NCBI GenBank assembly: GCA_010909165.1
Contig: VJWM01000173.1
Location: forward strand, 441,763-505,762
Direction of reading: 5' to 3'
DNA: 64,000 nt
Origin: Anthoceros angustus
Taxonomy: Eukaryota; Plantae; Anthocerotophyta
Part shown: in pieces, positions 1-13,633 of the stretch
Position numbering within the stretch: position 1 is the first letter of the stretch
How the letters are laid out: each line of letters opens with the position of its first letter
Translations under genes and position numbers: made by a program
The notes under the pieces: model-generated
What the model was told of the DNA's origin: nothing
The model's database searches: none
What the model saw: the letters and a program-made list of their open reading frames with translations, nothing else

Positions 1-595
1 AGGCTGTGGCGAGTCCGGCGCACGATGTTCCTCCTTCGCGCGTTCGTTGCTCCAACCTTGGCGTGCGCCACGCTCTGGCGCCCAAAAGATAGCGCCGAGC
101 CGGATTGCGGGCGCAAGGCTGAGGATTATGCGGAGGCGCAATGACCTCCCTCCTTGGCGCTTGTGGAAGTAACTGGCGGGCGCCTCTTCGTTGTCCGTAG
201 CGCGAGTGCGCATGGCTACTCGACCCTACGCCGCCTCGGCCTTACGCGCCCGGCCGGGCGTGAATACTGCCTGCGGCCTGCAGCAGGTTACTGGCCTCTG
301 CATGCCCGACCTCCACTCGGGGCCGTCACGTGGCGCGCCGCCTGCTCACGCCTCGCTCCTGGGTTACTTTCCTGGCGTACTTATCCTATTTTGACACAGG
401 TGGGTTCGGACTTATCCGTTACTCGGCGTAGTCGGAGCTTGCCATAGTGGTAGGGGTCCGTTGTTCACTCAGTCCGGAGTATACTCGAGCCTCGTCCGGC
501 GCTACCCCAATTTATTCCTCCTTTCCGCCTTATTTATCCTTCAATCCTAAAAAAGCGAAACCCTACTTATTTCCTAACTCCCAGTGCATAGCCCA
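1..595 (-). repeat. LTR-like dispersed repeat 'X' (runs off window start), inserted in a CACTA transposase
   Basis: 370-595 aligns with the reverse complement of 62179-62415 (shared ccggagtatact, ttattcctcctttccgc, aaaccctacttattt). Homology ends at ...gccCA 595, equivalent to the TG at 62179. Extension left of 370 is assumed. Confidence 0.5.
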
Positions 596-710
596 TGAAC
601 ACTATCCTCGGTCCTCCCATATTTGGGCGATAAGTTCATGAAGAATGCTGACAGAGGCATTAGGCATGGGGCATACAAGCTCTGAGTTTGACAGGAGTTG
701 CACCGAGTCC

Positions 711-896
711 GATTAGCATCGGAGACCGCGTTGGTTAAAGTTAGCATAAATAAACCCAGCGTGGATGCACCGCTGGTATCTAGTACAAGAGGTACAACTC
801 TTGAGACGGAGCTATAAAAGCCACCTCTTGTAATCAATTGTATCAATTAGTAAAGCACTATCTTTGATCAAGCGCTTCCATAAAGCACCTCAAACT
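711..896 (+). repeat. Copia A1 5' LTR
   Basis: Matches 6979-7163 and 42848-43035; contains ctataaaa TATA box; ends ...cacctcaaact directly before the PBS. Confidence 0.88.
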
Positions 897-907
897 TGGT
901 ATCGAGC
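897..907 (+). promoter_or_regulatory. Primer-binding site, tRNA-iMet (one base missing)
   Basis: tggtatcgagc versus canonical TGGTATCAGAGC (intact in copy 2 at 43036-43047). Confidence 0.85.
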
Positions 908-1217
908 ATAGTTTGATTACTAAGTCCACCATGCATTATGATGTGAATCTAGATGTTCTTCTAATATGCAACGTCTTTCCAATGCTTTTGGTATTTGTAA
1001 TTTGAAGCTATTTTATACTTATTCATAGTTTCTTTATTCAACCAAACATATTTTACTAATAAAATAGTTTGGCTTCTTCTATGATTAACCTTTATATTCA
1101 TTAAAGTTTCATGGCTCATTGCCACTCTCTCATTCTTCATCTTATTCTTTCTAGCATTCTACTCATTCTTCCTTGCTACAAGACATTGTTCCTTATTGTT
1201 TTACATAAAGTTACAAC

Positions 1218-2000
1218 ATGGCAAGAAGAACAATCACAAGAGTATTCATGCTAAGAGAACTAGAAATTAGAGAGGAAAGTAGAAGAGTGCATCTCGTCGA
1301 TCTACAAACATAGTCGATTTAATTCTTCTCTTTTCAATAACTAGGGAGCAAGATAGCCTACATGCTATCCTTCTTCCTAGAAAACAATTTGGTGTCATCA
1401 TCAGCGAGCTTTTAGCAATCAAAAATCAGCAAGGCCTTGGTCCACTGATGATCGATCTCGATCTTGTGGAGATATCTCGGTGATGAGAATCTCCTCCTCC
1501 TATCATTCACACAACAAAGACCAACTCACCATTTTATTCTCCAACCACACCGATGAGTAATTCTTCTCACATCATTCTAATCGATCATCGGCATCATTCC
1601 ACGGTTTACGCTGAAACTCTATTATGCGATGAATGCCGCAACACCCTCGGAAACACTCAACAAGTTACTCACAAAGTACTTCATAATGCAAATTCAACTA
1701 ATCGATTGTACATGTGGTTATGGCGTCACGTATGGGCAGCAATGTTTTCAAAACAAGCTCCCAACCCGACTCACTCGGCCATCACCACAACCAAATGACA
1801 ACCTATCAACAAGTTCGCGAGATTTACGCTGTGCAGATTTTCTCTCGATTAGAAGAAATCGGCATGATTTATCTCGGAGATCTCACCAGCTACTGCCTAG
1901 TGCAATCTACGCCCCTCTTCAATCCATGATATCGAGTTTGAATTCAAAAGAAATCATTTGCAGATCCTAAATGATTCGCCGCAAACTTGAATCTCCTCAA
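1218..2000 (+). pseudogene. Extra ORF upstream of gag in Copia A1 (frameshifted), unknown function
   Basis: ATG at 1218 (MARR...); same peptide blocks as copy 2 at 43360-44250. Confidence 0.45.
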
Positions 2001-2848
2001 TCTGCAATCTCCATATGGTGCTCCCACACGGCGACGGCCATCCACAGCGGTTCCAATCAAATCGGCCTCGTGGCGGTGCTCATTTTCGAGCCAATTCGAT
2101 TCACGCTTATTCGCAACGCCATCTTTAGTCGATGCCTCCTCGGCGCCCCCTTCCAGCGCCGAATGGAGAAGAGGCCCCGATCGATGGAGGTCGATCGGGG
2201 CCCCGGGCGGTTGCGCCAGCGCCCGCTCCGCACCGTTCGCGAGCTGCCCTACCTAGCCGTTTCGAATGGTGCCCTAAAATTAATAATTGGCACCCGTTGC
2301 GAAACGGTGTCCATGAACGGCGTTTGAGCGAAGCGTTTGAAACGTTCGCCTTCAAACGGATTGGCTCTTGGGGCTGTTGGTGGGGCCCACTCTTCTTGGA
2401 TCTCCTAGCATACTGTTCAACCTCGCAACTATTAGCTCGCCCCTTATAGCCTCTATCGGTTGAGTTTTCTATTCCGGCTTCCAATCAAACAAGAGCCCTT
2501 GTCGCCCCTTCCATCGGCGACATTGCTTCGGCATTATTTTTATGAGAAGCGGTGCTACTGCTCAAGAGCTATTCCATTTAGTGTCATCACCTTTGGGATC
2601 ATCTTCATCGGCTCTACGAGTGTTGCGATCGGCTGCCCAGATTCGGCAACTTGCTCGTCTATGCTCCTAGTGATCGCGGCATCGTTCCGGGCTTTGATTT
2701 CATAATCATCATTGGCCTTGGATCTTTAGCAACATTTAATTTGCTCATAGTCAAGCGTTGCTATATATATTTGAAGACTTCTTAGCTTCTTGTCATAACT
2801 TGGAGTTGGCGTTCTTCTATATATATATATCTATCTACTTCTATCACG

Positions 2849-5800
2849 ATGGCCACCTCTCCAAATGTGCCACCCATTCCCATCATCAATTATATGAATG
2901 TGACATCGATTTTAAGGAGAAGGACCGTTTGGCACTAAGTTGAAATATGGTCCAAGCGTATGCGTTATCTTAAATACCAGATCTAATTGGCATAGTTGAT
3001 GGCACCTCAAGCCCATCGGGCCCTCGCTCTCGACTCTTGGATCAAACAAGACAGCTTGCACTTCACATTCTTATTTGAGCCTTGGCGAAGTCACTACATC
3101 ATCTTGATGGGGCTACTGCTGCAGGCATGGCGGTAGATATTTTTCAATCTACCAATGTTATGACATTAGTAATGCATGTAATTTTATTCCTTACGCATGC
3201 ATAATAATGAGAGCATTGGTACTTATGTTGGGAAGTTTCGATATCTTGAATGCCTTTAGGCACTCCTTATCGAATTTGAAGCTTGTGTCCAACTCGGCCT
3301 CCCTTCCCGACTTTCAAGCATTTGTGTCCTCTCGAATGGCACATTCGAGAGGCTCATCAGATAAGGCGGCCGCACCCATTCCATCTCCAAATTGCGCTCT
3401 CCTTCAAGAGGAGGCTTCCAGTTCAACGCCGGCACTTGAGCATGGTGGTGAACGAGTTATGTTCGTTAGCAAAGGCGTCAACGTCACCTCGGCCCGGCGG
3501 CGTCCTCCTCCACGAGCGGCCCTTCACTGCGCCTTCTCGGCTCCTTCTCGCTTCCTTCTCCAAGCTGGTGGTTCCGGCCCAAGCACAGTACTGGCGGTGC
3601 GATTCGAGCCAGGGAGCTGCCGAAAGCCGGTGAGCCTCGACGCCTTCCAAGTCGCCAATATGGCCTCGACCTCCAAGCGAGCAGGCCGACATTGCCCTCA
3701 CGATGCGGTAGCTTTTGAATACAAGACCTCTTGGCTATTGGACTCGCTTCCACTATTTGCCATCACCATATGTTTTCGATTATCTCCTCCGAAGATCAAC
3801 GTTTTGTTCTTCTCGGCGATGACTCGGCCTTACTATTGCGCGCAGCCTTTATTACTTTTACTCTTGAAGATGGTTCATCCTTCTTTTAAGTGATGTGCTA
3901 CATGTTCCAAATGGCGAAGAATCTTATCTCCGTCACACTTGGTGAAGGACGGTACTTTCGAGCTAGAGTTGGCGGGCGATTGCCTCCTCACAAGATCTGT
4001 TGCTCTGGTCGCGTGGTTGCTGAGGTCGTCGCATGACCTCTATGTCTTCCGCCGTACCGATCACACTTCCTCGACCGCTCCCGCCATGGCCGCTGCTCGA
4101 GAGGAGTTCGCAAAGGTGACTCCTATTATGGCATTCTCGGCTTGGACATATTAATCATGATAAGCTTTTAGAGATGTCTAGGCGGGATTTATTTAGGATA
4201 AGCTACCACACTTTTCACTCCTCCGTTGTGAACCTTGTATATATGCTAAACAACGTAGCTTCCCCCTATCTACACGCCCGTCGGGCTACTCATTGGAGTT
4301 GGTCCATGTTGATCTTTGTGGTCTCCCGTCCCTTCACTTGGCGCGCCGCACTTTATGACTATTGATGACTATAGTCGCTATACCTTTGCTATTCCTCAAG
4401 TTGAAGAGTGATTCCTTGGCTCCTTTACTCCTTTTGTCACTATGGGTGCAAACCGGTTGCAAGCTTGATTGCATTAGATCGACAATGCGGAGAATTAAAT
4501 AACCGCAATTTAAGGACTTACATCTTGAGAGGGGATTATCCGTGGGTTCGGTTCCTATACTTCTCGGCAGAATGGGGTTCTTGAAAAGGCCAGCAGCGAT
4601 CGCCGCCATGGCCGCGCTAGCTCGGCTCCCAAACCCTTCAGGCGGCGGTTAATCTGCGGCGTATCTCCGCAGGTTCTTTCAAGTCGGTTCTGGCGGACAC
4701 CCTTTGAGTCCATGGATATAAGCCTCTTATTACTCATCTTGGATTTTGGCTGCCCGCTAATATTCCTTCGCCGCGACAAGCTTTACGCTCGTGCTCAGGT
4801 ATTTGTTAATGGCGAGGACCGTAAGGCTTATAAACTGGTTGACTTGGATACCCATGCTATTGTATATGCTCTGTCACTTTTGATGAGGCTCGGTTAGCAT
4901 CGCTCGTTACGAGTCCATGGATTACCGGCTCCTTGGACACGCTTCTTCCGACCAGTGACCTTATGCGAGTTTTGACTCACCTCTTTCCGGACTCGGTCCC
5001 GCCCTTTGCTCCATCCGGCCTCTTCACCTCAAGCGGCACCTATACCTATTTCACGCTCGAGAGGGGAAGATGACAGCCATTGTTGATCCTTATGAAACAG
5101 AGACTTTGGTGCTCTTAATTCCACAAGACCCAGAGCAGTTCTGCTCCACCTTCTCCGTAACACTTGATCCATTCAGCGGTATCCTTCGTCATCGTCAACC
5201 GAGACACCTCGGAATGAGATCCCTTTGATTTAGAGTTCAATCAAGGCTACACACCACCGCCTGCAGTCATTTCAACGCCTTGATGTTGCCCCTTGAGAGG
5301 AGATCCTCTCACTCTTCAAGAGGCATATTCGACTGATGCGCTAAGTGGAAGTTTGCTATTGATGATGAATATAATTCTCTTATCAAAAACAATACCTGGA
5401 CTCTAGTAAACTTGCCGAAAGGCAGAACTACTGTCAAATGCAAGTGGGTTCTCAAAACTAAATTCCAGGAGGTTGAACCTCGTATTCGCTATAAGGCGAG
5501 ACTAGTGGCTAAGGGTTATAGTCAGAAAGAGGGAGTGGACTATCAGGGCGATAAGGTTTATTCACCTGTAGTCAAGGCTGCTTCCGTGAGAATGCTCCTG
5601 GCTTTATGTGCCGAGCTTAATCTGGAAATTTATCAGCTTGATGTTTGCTTTTCCTTTATGGTCATCGCAAGAAGAGATCTATATGGATCAACGAAGACTA
5701 TGAAGATGAGCAATACCCAAACAAGGTGTGTAAACTTATTCGTTCTATTTACGGACTAAAGCAAAGCCCACGTTTATGGTATGAGAGAATGGACTCTTAC

Positions 5801-6770
5801 CTCAAGAAGATAGGTTTATCCAAAGTGAAGCGACACCAATATCTATGTACTCATGAGGACAGCTCCCTTGTCTGGTTGCACTATATGTTGATGACTTAGT
5901 TATTCCAGCAACAATATTGAACTAGTTAACAAGATTAAAGTGACCTTAGTAAAGAATTCGAGATGAAGGATCTCGGCAAAGTTAAATATATTCTTGGTAT
6001 GCATGTACATAGAGATACCACGGTGCTATATCTCCATCAAGGAAGATATGTAGCTGGTATGTTAAAACGCTTCAATTTGGAGAATGCACGTCGCCACACG
6101 CCGTGGAGTTAAGCTTTCATCACTACATCCACAATCGAGCAGGAAAGAAAGAGATGGAAAATATTCCTTATCGTATGGGAGTTGGTACTCTCATGTTCTT
6201 GAGTAATCGACCGGACGATATCTCAAATCATAAATGCTATTGCTCGTTCTCGGAGAATCCGAGGAAAGGATCACGGGTTGCTCTCAAGCGCATCATGCGG
6301 TACCTCAAGGGTACTCCAAATTATGGCCTCTGCTTCAAGCCTAGCGGAAAGCATCTCTTGACATGCTTTGTCGATGCGATTGGGCTTGACGACACCGAAA
6401 AAGTATCTCGATATTGCTTTCTTGGCTCCACTGTTAATTGGTCTTGTAGAAAACAAGCTGCAATATTATCATCAGCAATCGACAAAGCACTCACTGAAGC
6501 CACGAAGAGGTGAATGGGAAAGAAAGCTATGTGAAGATTTGGATATGAAGCGGGAAGAATAGCATGCTTAATTGTGACAATATGTCACCATTGCTGTCGC
6601 TAATCCGTCTTTCATGCGCGCAAGCATATTGAGATTCAACACCATTATATTCGTGACGCGAGAGGAATTGTTAAGATGCGTATGTACCCACATACACAGA
6701 TATCTTGACAAAATCCTTGCGAAGTTCAAACACGCTTCCACAGAGAAGGGCTTGGATTGGTTGTTGTGAC
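2849..6770 (+). pseudogene. Copia gag-pol polyprotein (many frameshifts)
   Basis: gag N-terminus (KDR...WSKRM...LIGIVDG), protease SWLLDS ~3730, LWHSRLGHIN ~4127, ELVHVDLCG ~4297, RT KCKWVLKTK/RYKARLVAKGYSQ/YGLKQSPRLW/LYVDD, RNase H KHIEIQHHYIRD. Confidence 0.9.
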
Positions 6771-6978
6771 TTTTGCCTGGACCGATCACACATTTGGTGA
6801 GGCGTATCTTATCTCGAGCGTTCGATTACTTGAAGTTGTGCTATTGTAGACCGCTTCAATCTTACTTGCGACCGGTGATCGGTGAGTTGAGTTTAGTTGA
6901 AGACCGTAGTACTTATACAATACTCCGACAAATGATTATTAGTTCTTTGATTTAGATAACCCAACTAGTCGAGAGGAG

Positions 6979-7163
6979 AGTTAGAAATGCATGCGTTGGT
7001 TATGGTTAGCTTAGCTAAACCCGTGGTCATACCCTTTGGTATCTAGTACCGAAGAGGTACAACTCTTCAGACACAGGCTATAAAAGCCCACCTCTTGTAA
7101 TCAATTGTATCAATTAGTAAAGCACTATCTTTGATCAAACGCTTCCGCAAAGCACCTCAAACT
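6979..7163 (+). repeat. Copia A1 3' LTR
   Basis: Follows the PPT; AGTTAGAA...CTCAAACT. Confidence 0.9.
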
Positions 7164-7800
7164 GGTCCACACTTTCATCTTGGTCCACATCCAAATCTTA
7201 GACCCATTCTTGCAGCAGTACAAGGAGGAAGTGGAACAAGGAGTAACGACGGAGCCATCTTTTCGTGCATGGATCCATGCGGTCGGGCGGTGGGAAGATT
7301 CGATCCATCTCACGGATGTGGCTGCGGTTATGGACGGGCCGTCCCTTTGGGCCACGGCATACAGGCACATGGCATGCAAGGAAGCCACCTTGGACGATCG
7401 CCCGCGGTGAAGTGACACGGGGCGGTGTGTTCACCGTCGTCATGGGGGCGAAGGAGGCGGACTTACTATGGCCATGTCCAAGAAATCCTGCGGGTCTCGT
7501 TTTGAAGTGCGAACCACTCATCCACGAAGGTGAAGTGGTTCGAGTGCAATCCATGCAGCGGTCTCCCGTTGATAGAAAGCGATCACGAGGTTTCCACCGC
7601 GTGTTCACTAGGCGCTATTATGCGTGTCGGGCGGATGATGTCGATACCCCATTCATATGGCCAAATCAAGTGACCCGATGTATTCTACATGCGATGGGAG
7701 ACGGAAGAGGGGTGGGCATTAGCGTGCCCACTCCCGCGGGGTGGAGGGAGGAGCGAAGGAGGCGTGATGGACAGCGTGGGCGGCTTTCGGATAGGAAGTG
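7164..7800 (+). pseudogene. CACTA TnpD transposase C-terminus (DUF4216-like), frameshifted
   Basis: VHTFILVHIQILDPFLQQYKEE...GPSLWATAY...YYGHVQEIL..VLKC..GFHRVFTRR...DTPFIWPNQVTRC motif order; continues in frame from 596-710 once Copia A1 is removed. Confidence 0.7.
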
Positions 7801-9899
7801 AAAGCGATCCATTGAAACCCTAACTAGCGAAACCCTCTACTACCCGCATGTATGGACACGGCTTACAAGCTCAATTACGCCTTTAGGCTAATAACAAGAG
7901 ATGCGAGATAGATTCGCACTATTCCCGAGATGTCGGATGTTCGAAGTCAACAACAATTACGCTCTATGCCATCGTCTTCTTTTCCAAAAACTATCCAAAG
8001 ATATGCGTAAGGTGGCGACCTCGGGTCATTTATGGCGGGCTTTGTCCGCGTCTCTCCACGACTTTAAGAAGGACCCACCAAGTTTGGCGCTCATCCACGA
8101 ACCAAGCCCAAACATCGAGAGCCGGCACCAAGTCCATCCACGTGTGATTTCAAGTAAACACCTCCCTACCTCCACGCCGCGCGCTGCAGCATCCAAGGCA
8201 TCTGCGTCGGACTCCGGTAGCGGCAACCGGTGGCGAGCTCCTTCTTCGCGATTCGGGCGCGGAGGCTGGCAGCCGAGCCGACCAGTGCGGATGATGCTCT
8301 CCATCTCCGTCGGAAAAGGATCCCTATTGGCGTCGCCGGTGCGGCCATTCGAGACACTTTCCACCGATGCACGCAAGTGCACAAAAGCGGTGGTGGCGGA
8401 AGGTCGGGCGGAAGCGCGAAAGTGAAGAGGTCGTCACCACACACGGCAAGCTTGCGCGGGCCGCAGCCGCGATTTGGAACAATGGCCCCGAGGAATGGCT
8501 AACCATCGATGAATTATAGAAATGCGCGCCGCATCACGCGGCGCGCAACGACGGCCGGCGCACACAAGCGTCTGCGGGAATCAAGTTAGCGCGGTAAAGA
8601 TTTTGTTCAAGCATGCACGCGCAACGACCCATTGCGACAAGCATGTAGGTGTCTGCGAAAACAAGTGAATGGTGAGGGTGATGTATGCGGAACACATGGA
8701 CATGTACCACATCGCAATGAAGGTCATGTGCCATGTATAGGCAGAAAGATGGGATGCCGGAGGATATACCCTTCGATAATGGTGTGTAGCAAAACATCGA
8801 AAAACCCACGGATACTAGTACTTATTCATTCCCGCCACCCAAGGACGACAGGCATATGGATGTATGGACACCACATACATACATGAAGCTAATGTGACAT
8901 ATATAGACAAGAGGTTGGGAGGACGGATGAATTATCCTTGGATAATGGAACGGGATGACATACATCGAATAGTGTATTAATACATTCAATAATGTATTAA
9001 TACACTAATAAGTACTTAATTATTCCGACACCCAAGGACGACCGCCTATAAATCTTTGGCGCATGTATGCGGAAAATATGGACATTTTCCACATACGGAC
9101 ATGTGGTCATGTGACATATGTAGGCAGGCAGGCATGTGACATATGTAGGCACGACATGATCCTTGGCAAACCAACGATGCCGCATAAATTTGACCTTGGA
9201 GAATGGTATATATTAATATCCGAATTAAACGTGGACAATGCTCGCATTATGCCCGACACCCAAGGACGACCGCCTATAAATGGTGAGGGCCTATGGATGG
9301 AGATGCGACGAGTCATCTCTTTTTATGACGATGCGCGGTATGTGACGGACACCAAAAGTGGCGCGTTCAAGGGAGGGCGTCGGGAGGATGTGTGAACCCG
9401 CACATCCATACCCTAGGACATTATCTGGGCGGAGGCGGATGAAGGTCCGTGAGTCTCCGTGCGGAGGTGAATTTGAAGGAGAAGGCATCGACGCCCACGC
9501 TAGCGGACAACACGCCATCCCGAAAATACAAAGAGATGCCGGATAACACGGAGGAACTTGCAGGCGGTTCGTGATTCGATTCTTGCGTAATGTGTGCACA
9601 TATGGGCGGAGGATGACGTCATTGGGGAGAATCTTCGATTGCGGGGAGCTCGGGTATGCACCCTCTCTTTGGAATAGAGACACGGTAACCAGCCCTCATC
9701 GAGGAAGAAGTAGGAAATCGGAATGAATATCACACCCTTTCTTAGATGGAAAGGGCAAGCCGATAATGGCGTGTTTGGCGATGGCTTTGTTGCGATTGCA
9801 TTGTGAGCGATGAGATTCATGTATGAAACTTGCCTTCCACGCCGTTGCAAAGCCGGTTGTAACGAAGAGGAGTAAAGGAAGCGTGTAACACTTGTCACC

Positions 9900-12250
9900 C
9901 TATCGTCGCCATGCAATTGGAATGAGAACGGGTGGCATGCGATAACAGAATGGAAAAGCGGCTGTAGTCCAGTGTAACAGTCGATCAGTGTGGCGAGTCC
10001 ATCGGTTTTCTCACTCTGCATGTAAGGATGTGCCGGCAATAAATTGCCATGTCAAAAACTATTCCCAGCAATTCCATCAATTGAAAACATCGGGGTCGGT
10101 AGGAGGCGGAGGGAGGTCTGGCGGTTTCGGCTGCCATGTCGAGATGGAGTCGAAGGAACAAGTTTCCCTTTGCTGGTGATTTCGTCACATGGCGCGGGCG
10201 AGTCAAGTCGAGCGGGTGGTCTTTTGTCCGGCGGCACGGCGCGGAGGGGCGAGGCAGCGGGTTTGAAAGAGGCTACAATCTGCGCCATTCCGCCGGTTTG
10301 CCATCTCGTTTACGCTGCCTTCCCATCTTGCGCTTTATCCTAACCAAGTACGAAATGCCTTGCACATCGACAGGACCCAGCATTCGTGAGTCCGGCAATT
10401 CCTCGCCGGTTCCAGGAGAACTCCAGCTTCGAAGACATGGTTTCGAAGTGCCTATACCTTTGCCGGACACGGTTAGTTTGAACATGTTCATGATGTCCGT
10501 TTGATACTAAAGCTTTGGCAGGCGCCGTCCTGTACCTTGGTCACGGTGACAACAGAATTTGCTGTTCAGAAGGAAGCATACGACGTCTTGGCCGGCGCCG
10601 ATGTCGTGGTTGTGGTAGCGGAATTTCGAAGGGTGGACATTGGGAGCACATGGAAATGCCATATGGGATCCGGATGCGGATGGAGGACATGGATGTTGGG
10701 GAGGACCTCGAGGAAAATGTGACGAGGTTCCAGTTCAGAAGATGCCGAGTGTAATGGCACGCGGGTAGTGCCGCGTGGCTTCTTGCAGCAGCCCTCACAC
10801 GAAGTGTGGGCGGGGAATTTTGCAGTGCGGGTCAGGCGGAGGCACCATGTTCTGCAAACATGGGCCAGCGGTTTGTGGGCGACATGGACAACAAGGAGCT
10901 GGTCGGAGCAATACTACGGAAAAGGGGATTGCGGTGGGTCCAGACCAACTTGGAGCTAACAAGTGGCGGGCAAGAGGAAGGGAATGTGGCGACGCCGGGC
11001 CGCCACCATTGACATTTGGTGGCCTCGGTGTGCCAGCACAAGAAGTTCATGGAAGTCATCCAGCAAAGCGCAAGCGAGATTCCGGGCAAATGGGCGACTT
11101 GTCGCGAGCAAGGAGGAAGGCGTGCGGTGAAGTGGCTTCCGGTTCCCGATCTCTGGTGAAGTCCATGATTAGGTCGGAGTTTAGTCAAGTACACCGAGCG
11201 GAACAACGATATGTGGGCGGCAAAGGCATACGCCTTAGCGGAGAAGAGAGTAGGGAAAAAAGCGCAGCTTTGAAACCTCCAGGCGGATGAAAAGGTGTGG
11301 AGGATATTGTCACATGGGCACGAGTTGAACTCGGACAACACGGGAACTTTTGCCGTCAAGGCATCGCTTGCGACAAAGGCGAGATTGAGAAATCCAATGG
11401 ACAAGGGCCAAACCCATGGGGCAGTGTGGGCCTTGGGGTGGAGTTCAAGTTCCAAGAAAAGTATGGGAGAGCCCCAACCGGCGAAGAATCACGAATTTGG
11501 TGCACTCGGCCACTAGCGAAAATGCATGAAGCGTGGGATGTGATGAGCGGAGAACCACTGTGAGACTTTCGAAAGATGCGGGTCATAATAAGGGCTCAAC
11601 GCGATGCCAAAACCCTTGAGGCCAAGCGCAATTCGGGTAAGTGTGCGAATTAATTCCGATTCGGATGTTGGTGCCGAGATGAGGATGAAGACGGTGGGGA
11701 AGAGCCGGATGGGGATGACACATACGAGGACACAAATTCCGAGGGGCGGTGCTTGGGAGGGCGAGGGACGGAGAAGAGTATGCGAGAAGAGGGGAAGGAC
11801 GGTGCATGGGGATGAAGACAAGGCAGAATGGAAAAAGCGCGGCATCTCACACATATGCACATCGAGTCACTAGGTGGAGGGGCATCGTCGAGACAACGAT
11901 TTCGAGGAAGTGTATACTCGTTCTCGGGCCGACAGAAGCGGCGATAGGTGGCCACGTCTTGGCGGAGGCGAGGGGCGCGAGGGGCGTGGCGGTGAAGACA
12001 AAGGCCTCGGCGTCGAAGGGAAGGAGAGGCGAAATCCGGTGAGGCGTCTTGATGGACTCATGAGGTTTGGGCTGCACAGTTAGTTACGCACTAATGTTTC
12101 TTCTCATGCAGCTGGCGGTCATGGGCGTCGGCAATGTGGAGGGCTGCAACCATCCGCGAAGAGAACCAAGCGATGGAAAGGCACAAAGCGGAAAGGAGCA
12201 CGGCACATATCACGGAATGCGAAAAGAGCCAAAGGCCGCAAAAGTGTCAT
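9900..12250 (+). pseudogene. CACTA second gene (TnpA-like), fragmented
   Basis: Lies between TnpD and the 3' TIR. GQGPNPWGSVGLGVEFKFQEKYGRAPTGEE (~11400) is homologous to MGPNPWGKGGRTGWVLRFHKRYGTYPADDE in the second CACTA copy. Confidence 0.5.
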
Positions 12251-12875
12251 ATGATGCAATGATCAAATCGCCCGCGCGAGTATAATTAGATGTCGAGGCG
12301 AAACTACAAAACCCATGAAATGACATCGACATGTGCTTAGCGATGGGTGTAACCCACAGTGTATTGTGATTTTGACCCGAAATAACGCGACTTCAGTATA
12401 GCATCGACCGTATACCGACGTATGTATCAAATAGCGGACATGACATCTTGTCGACATACTGATCGGACGTATATCGGCGAGTTCGAGGCGTACATGGGGC
12501 CCGTGGGATGTACATGCCACATGTCCGGGCGGGGCGTGTGGCTCGGGACATGAGCCGTTACACACCGCCGAAAGGACCGGCGTGCTGGTGGAATGATTCG
12601 GGAGGCGGAGGGGATGTCGAGCGTGTTAAGTTTGAAAACAAACCCGATGGGTAATTAATGCGTGGACCGGAAGGCCACAAACTCGACAAGGCGGAACCGA
12701 ACGACTCGACCACCGGGCCCAAAGTGTGTAACAAATTTTGTTGTCACGACCTTCATATTCTGAGGTTTTATAACGGATCCGAGGCCGGACACGGCCTAAT
12801 CCATGTTACAAAACCGGCATAAACGTTACAAAAACCCCGAATCCTGTTATAAAACACCATAACATGGACACCATG

Positions 12876-12887
12876 TTTCTAGTAGTG
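12876..12887. repeat. CACTA terminal inverted repeat (right end)
   Basis: tttctagtagtg = rc of CACTACTAGAAA, preceded by subterminal repeats. Confidence 0.85.
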
Positions 12888-12922
12888 CTTGCTACCTCGG
12901 CTTCCGCACGGAGCAAAGAATT

Positions 12923-13630
12923 TTGAAAATAGTCCCAATAGTAGTCTCCATGAGGCTTGTCAGGCGAAAGTGTATACCTTCATGTTTGTGCTTGATCATT
13001 AGATCCGAGTCTTCCAGGCAGTGTTGGGCAATTGTTGTTGGTTCTTCCTCGTCCCACACTCCTGTTGCGACGTTGAACTTCTCAGGCTCCGAGTATTTTG
13101 ATAAGGTCTGTGATCTGCCTATCCTGCCTTCTTTCTATGGGTCACCGTCTGAAGATCCAGACGAGCACCTGTCCCTGTTCGAATGACTGATAAAAGCCAA
13201 GATGATATCATGCAGTGATAAGGAATGTGTTAAATACTTTTCCACCTCCATGCACGTGAAGGCAAAGGCCCGGTTTCAGGAATGAGGCGACTCCAGTAGG
13301 ATTGATTGATCGATCCTCGAGACTGCATTCCTCACTCAATTCCGACACAAGACCTTTTGAGAAAGACTGTAAGGAGAATTTGAGTTGCTTGGACCCAAAA
13401 AGATGGCGAGGACTTACCAGCTATATCGATTACACGTGCATGTTGGTGAAAAGGTTGGGCTATGCCACCAATTGATGAAGCCAATATGAAACGGGTGAAA
13501 AACAAGTTTGTCCGAGGAATCTATGACGAGTTCTTCTCGCGATTCTGGCCATTTCACAATGAATTGGCCGAGGACAAACCAGTTCGATCACTTCCCCAAG
13601 AATGGGGAGGGAGGTGGTAGTATGGGGGGT
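12923..13630 (+). pseudogene. Ty3/Gypsy-type gag remnant
   Basis: LPSFYGSPSEDPDEHLSLFE*LIKAKMISCSDKECVKYF..., typical retrotransposon gag N-terminus with in-frame stops. Confidence 0.6.
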
Positions 13631-13633
13631 GCA

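Larger units (their letters stand above)
711..7163 (+). mobile_element. Full-length Ty1/Copia LTR retrotransposon, family A copy 1
   Basis: ~186-bp LTRs at 711-896 and 6979-7163; PBS at 897; PPT GAGAGGAG at 6971-6978; TSD agtcc (706-710) / ggtcc (7164-7168); gag-PR-IN-RT-RH order. Confidence 0.92.
596..12887 (+). mobile_element. CACTA (En/Spm) DNA transposon, 3' part, interrupted by Copia A1
   Basis: TnpD C-terminal remnants at 596-710 and 7164-7800; second-gene remnants at ~9900-12250; subterminal TGTTAC/GTAACA-type repeats at 12720-12860; terminal TTTCTAGTAGTG (rc CACTACTAGAAA) at 12876-12887. Confidence 0.8.
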
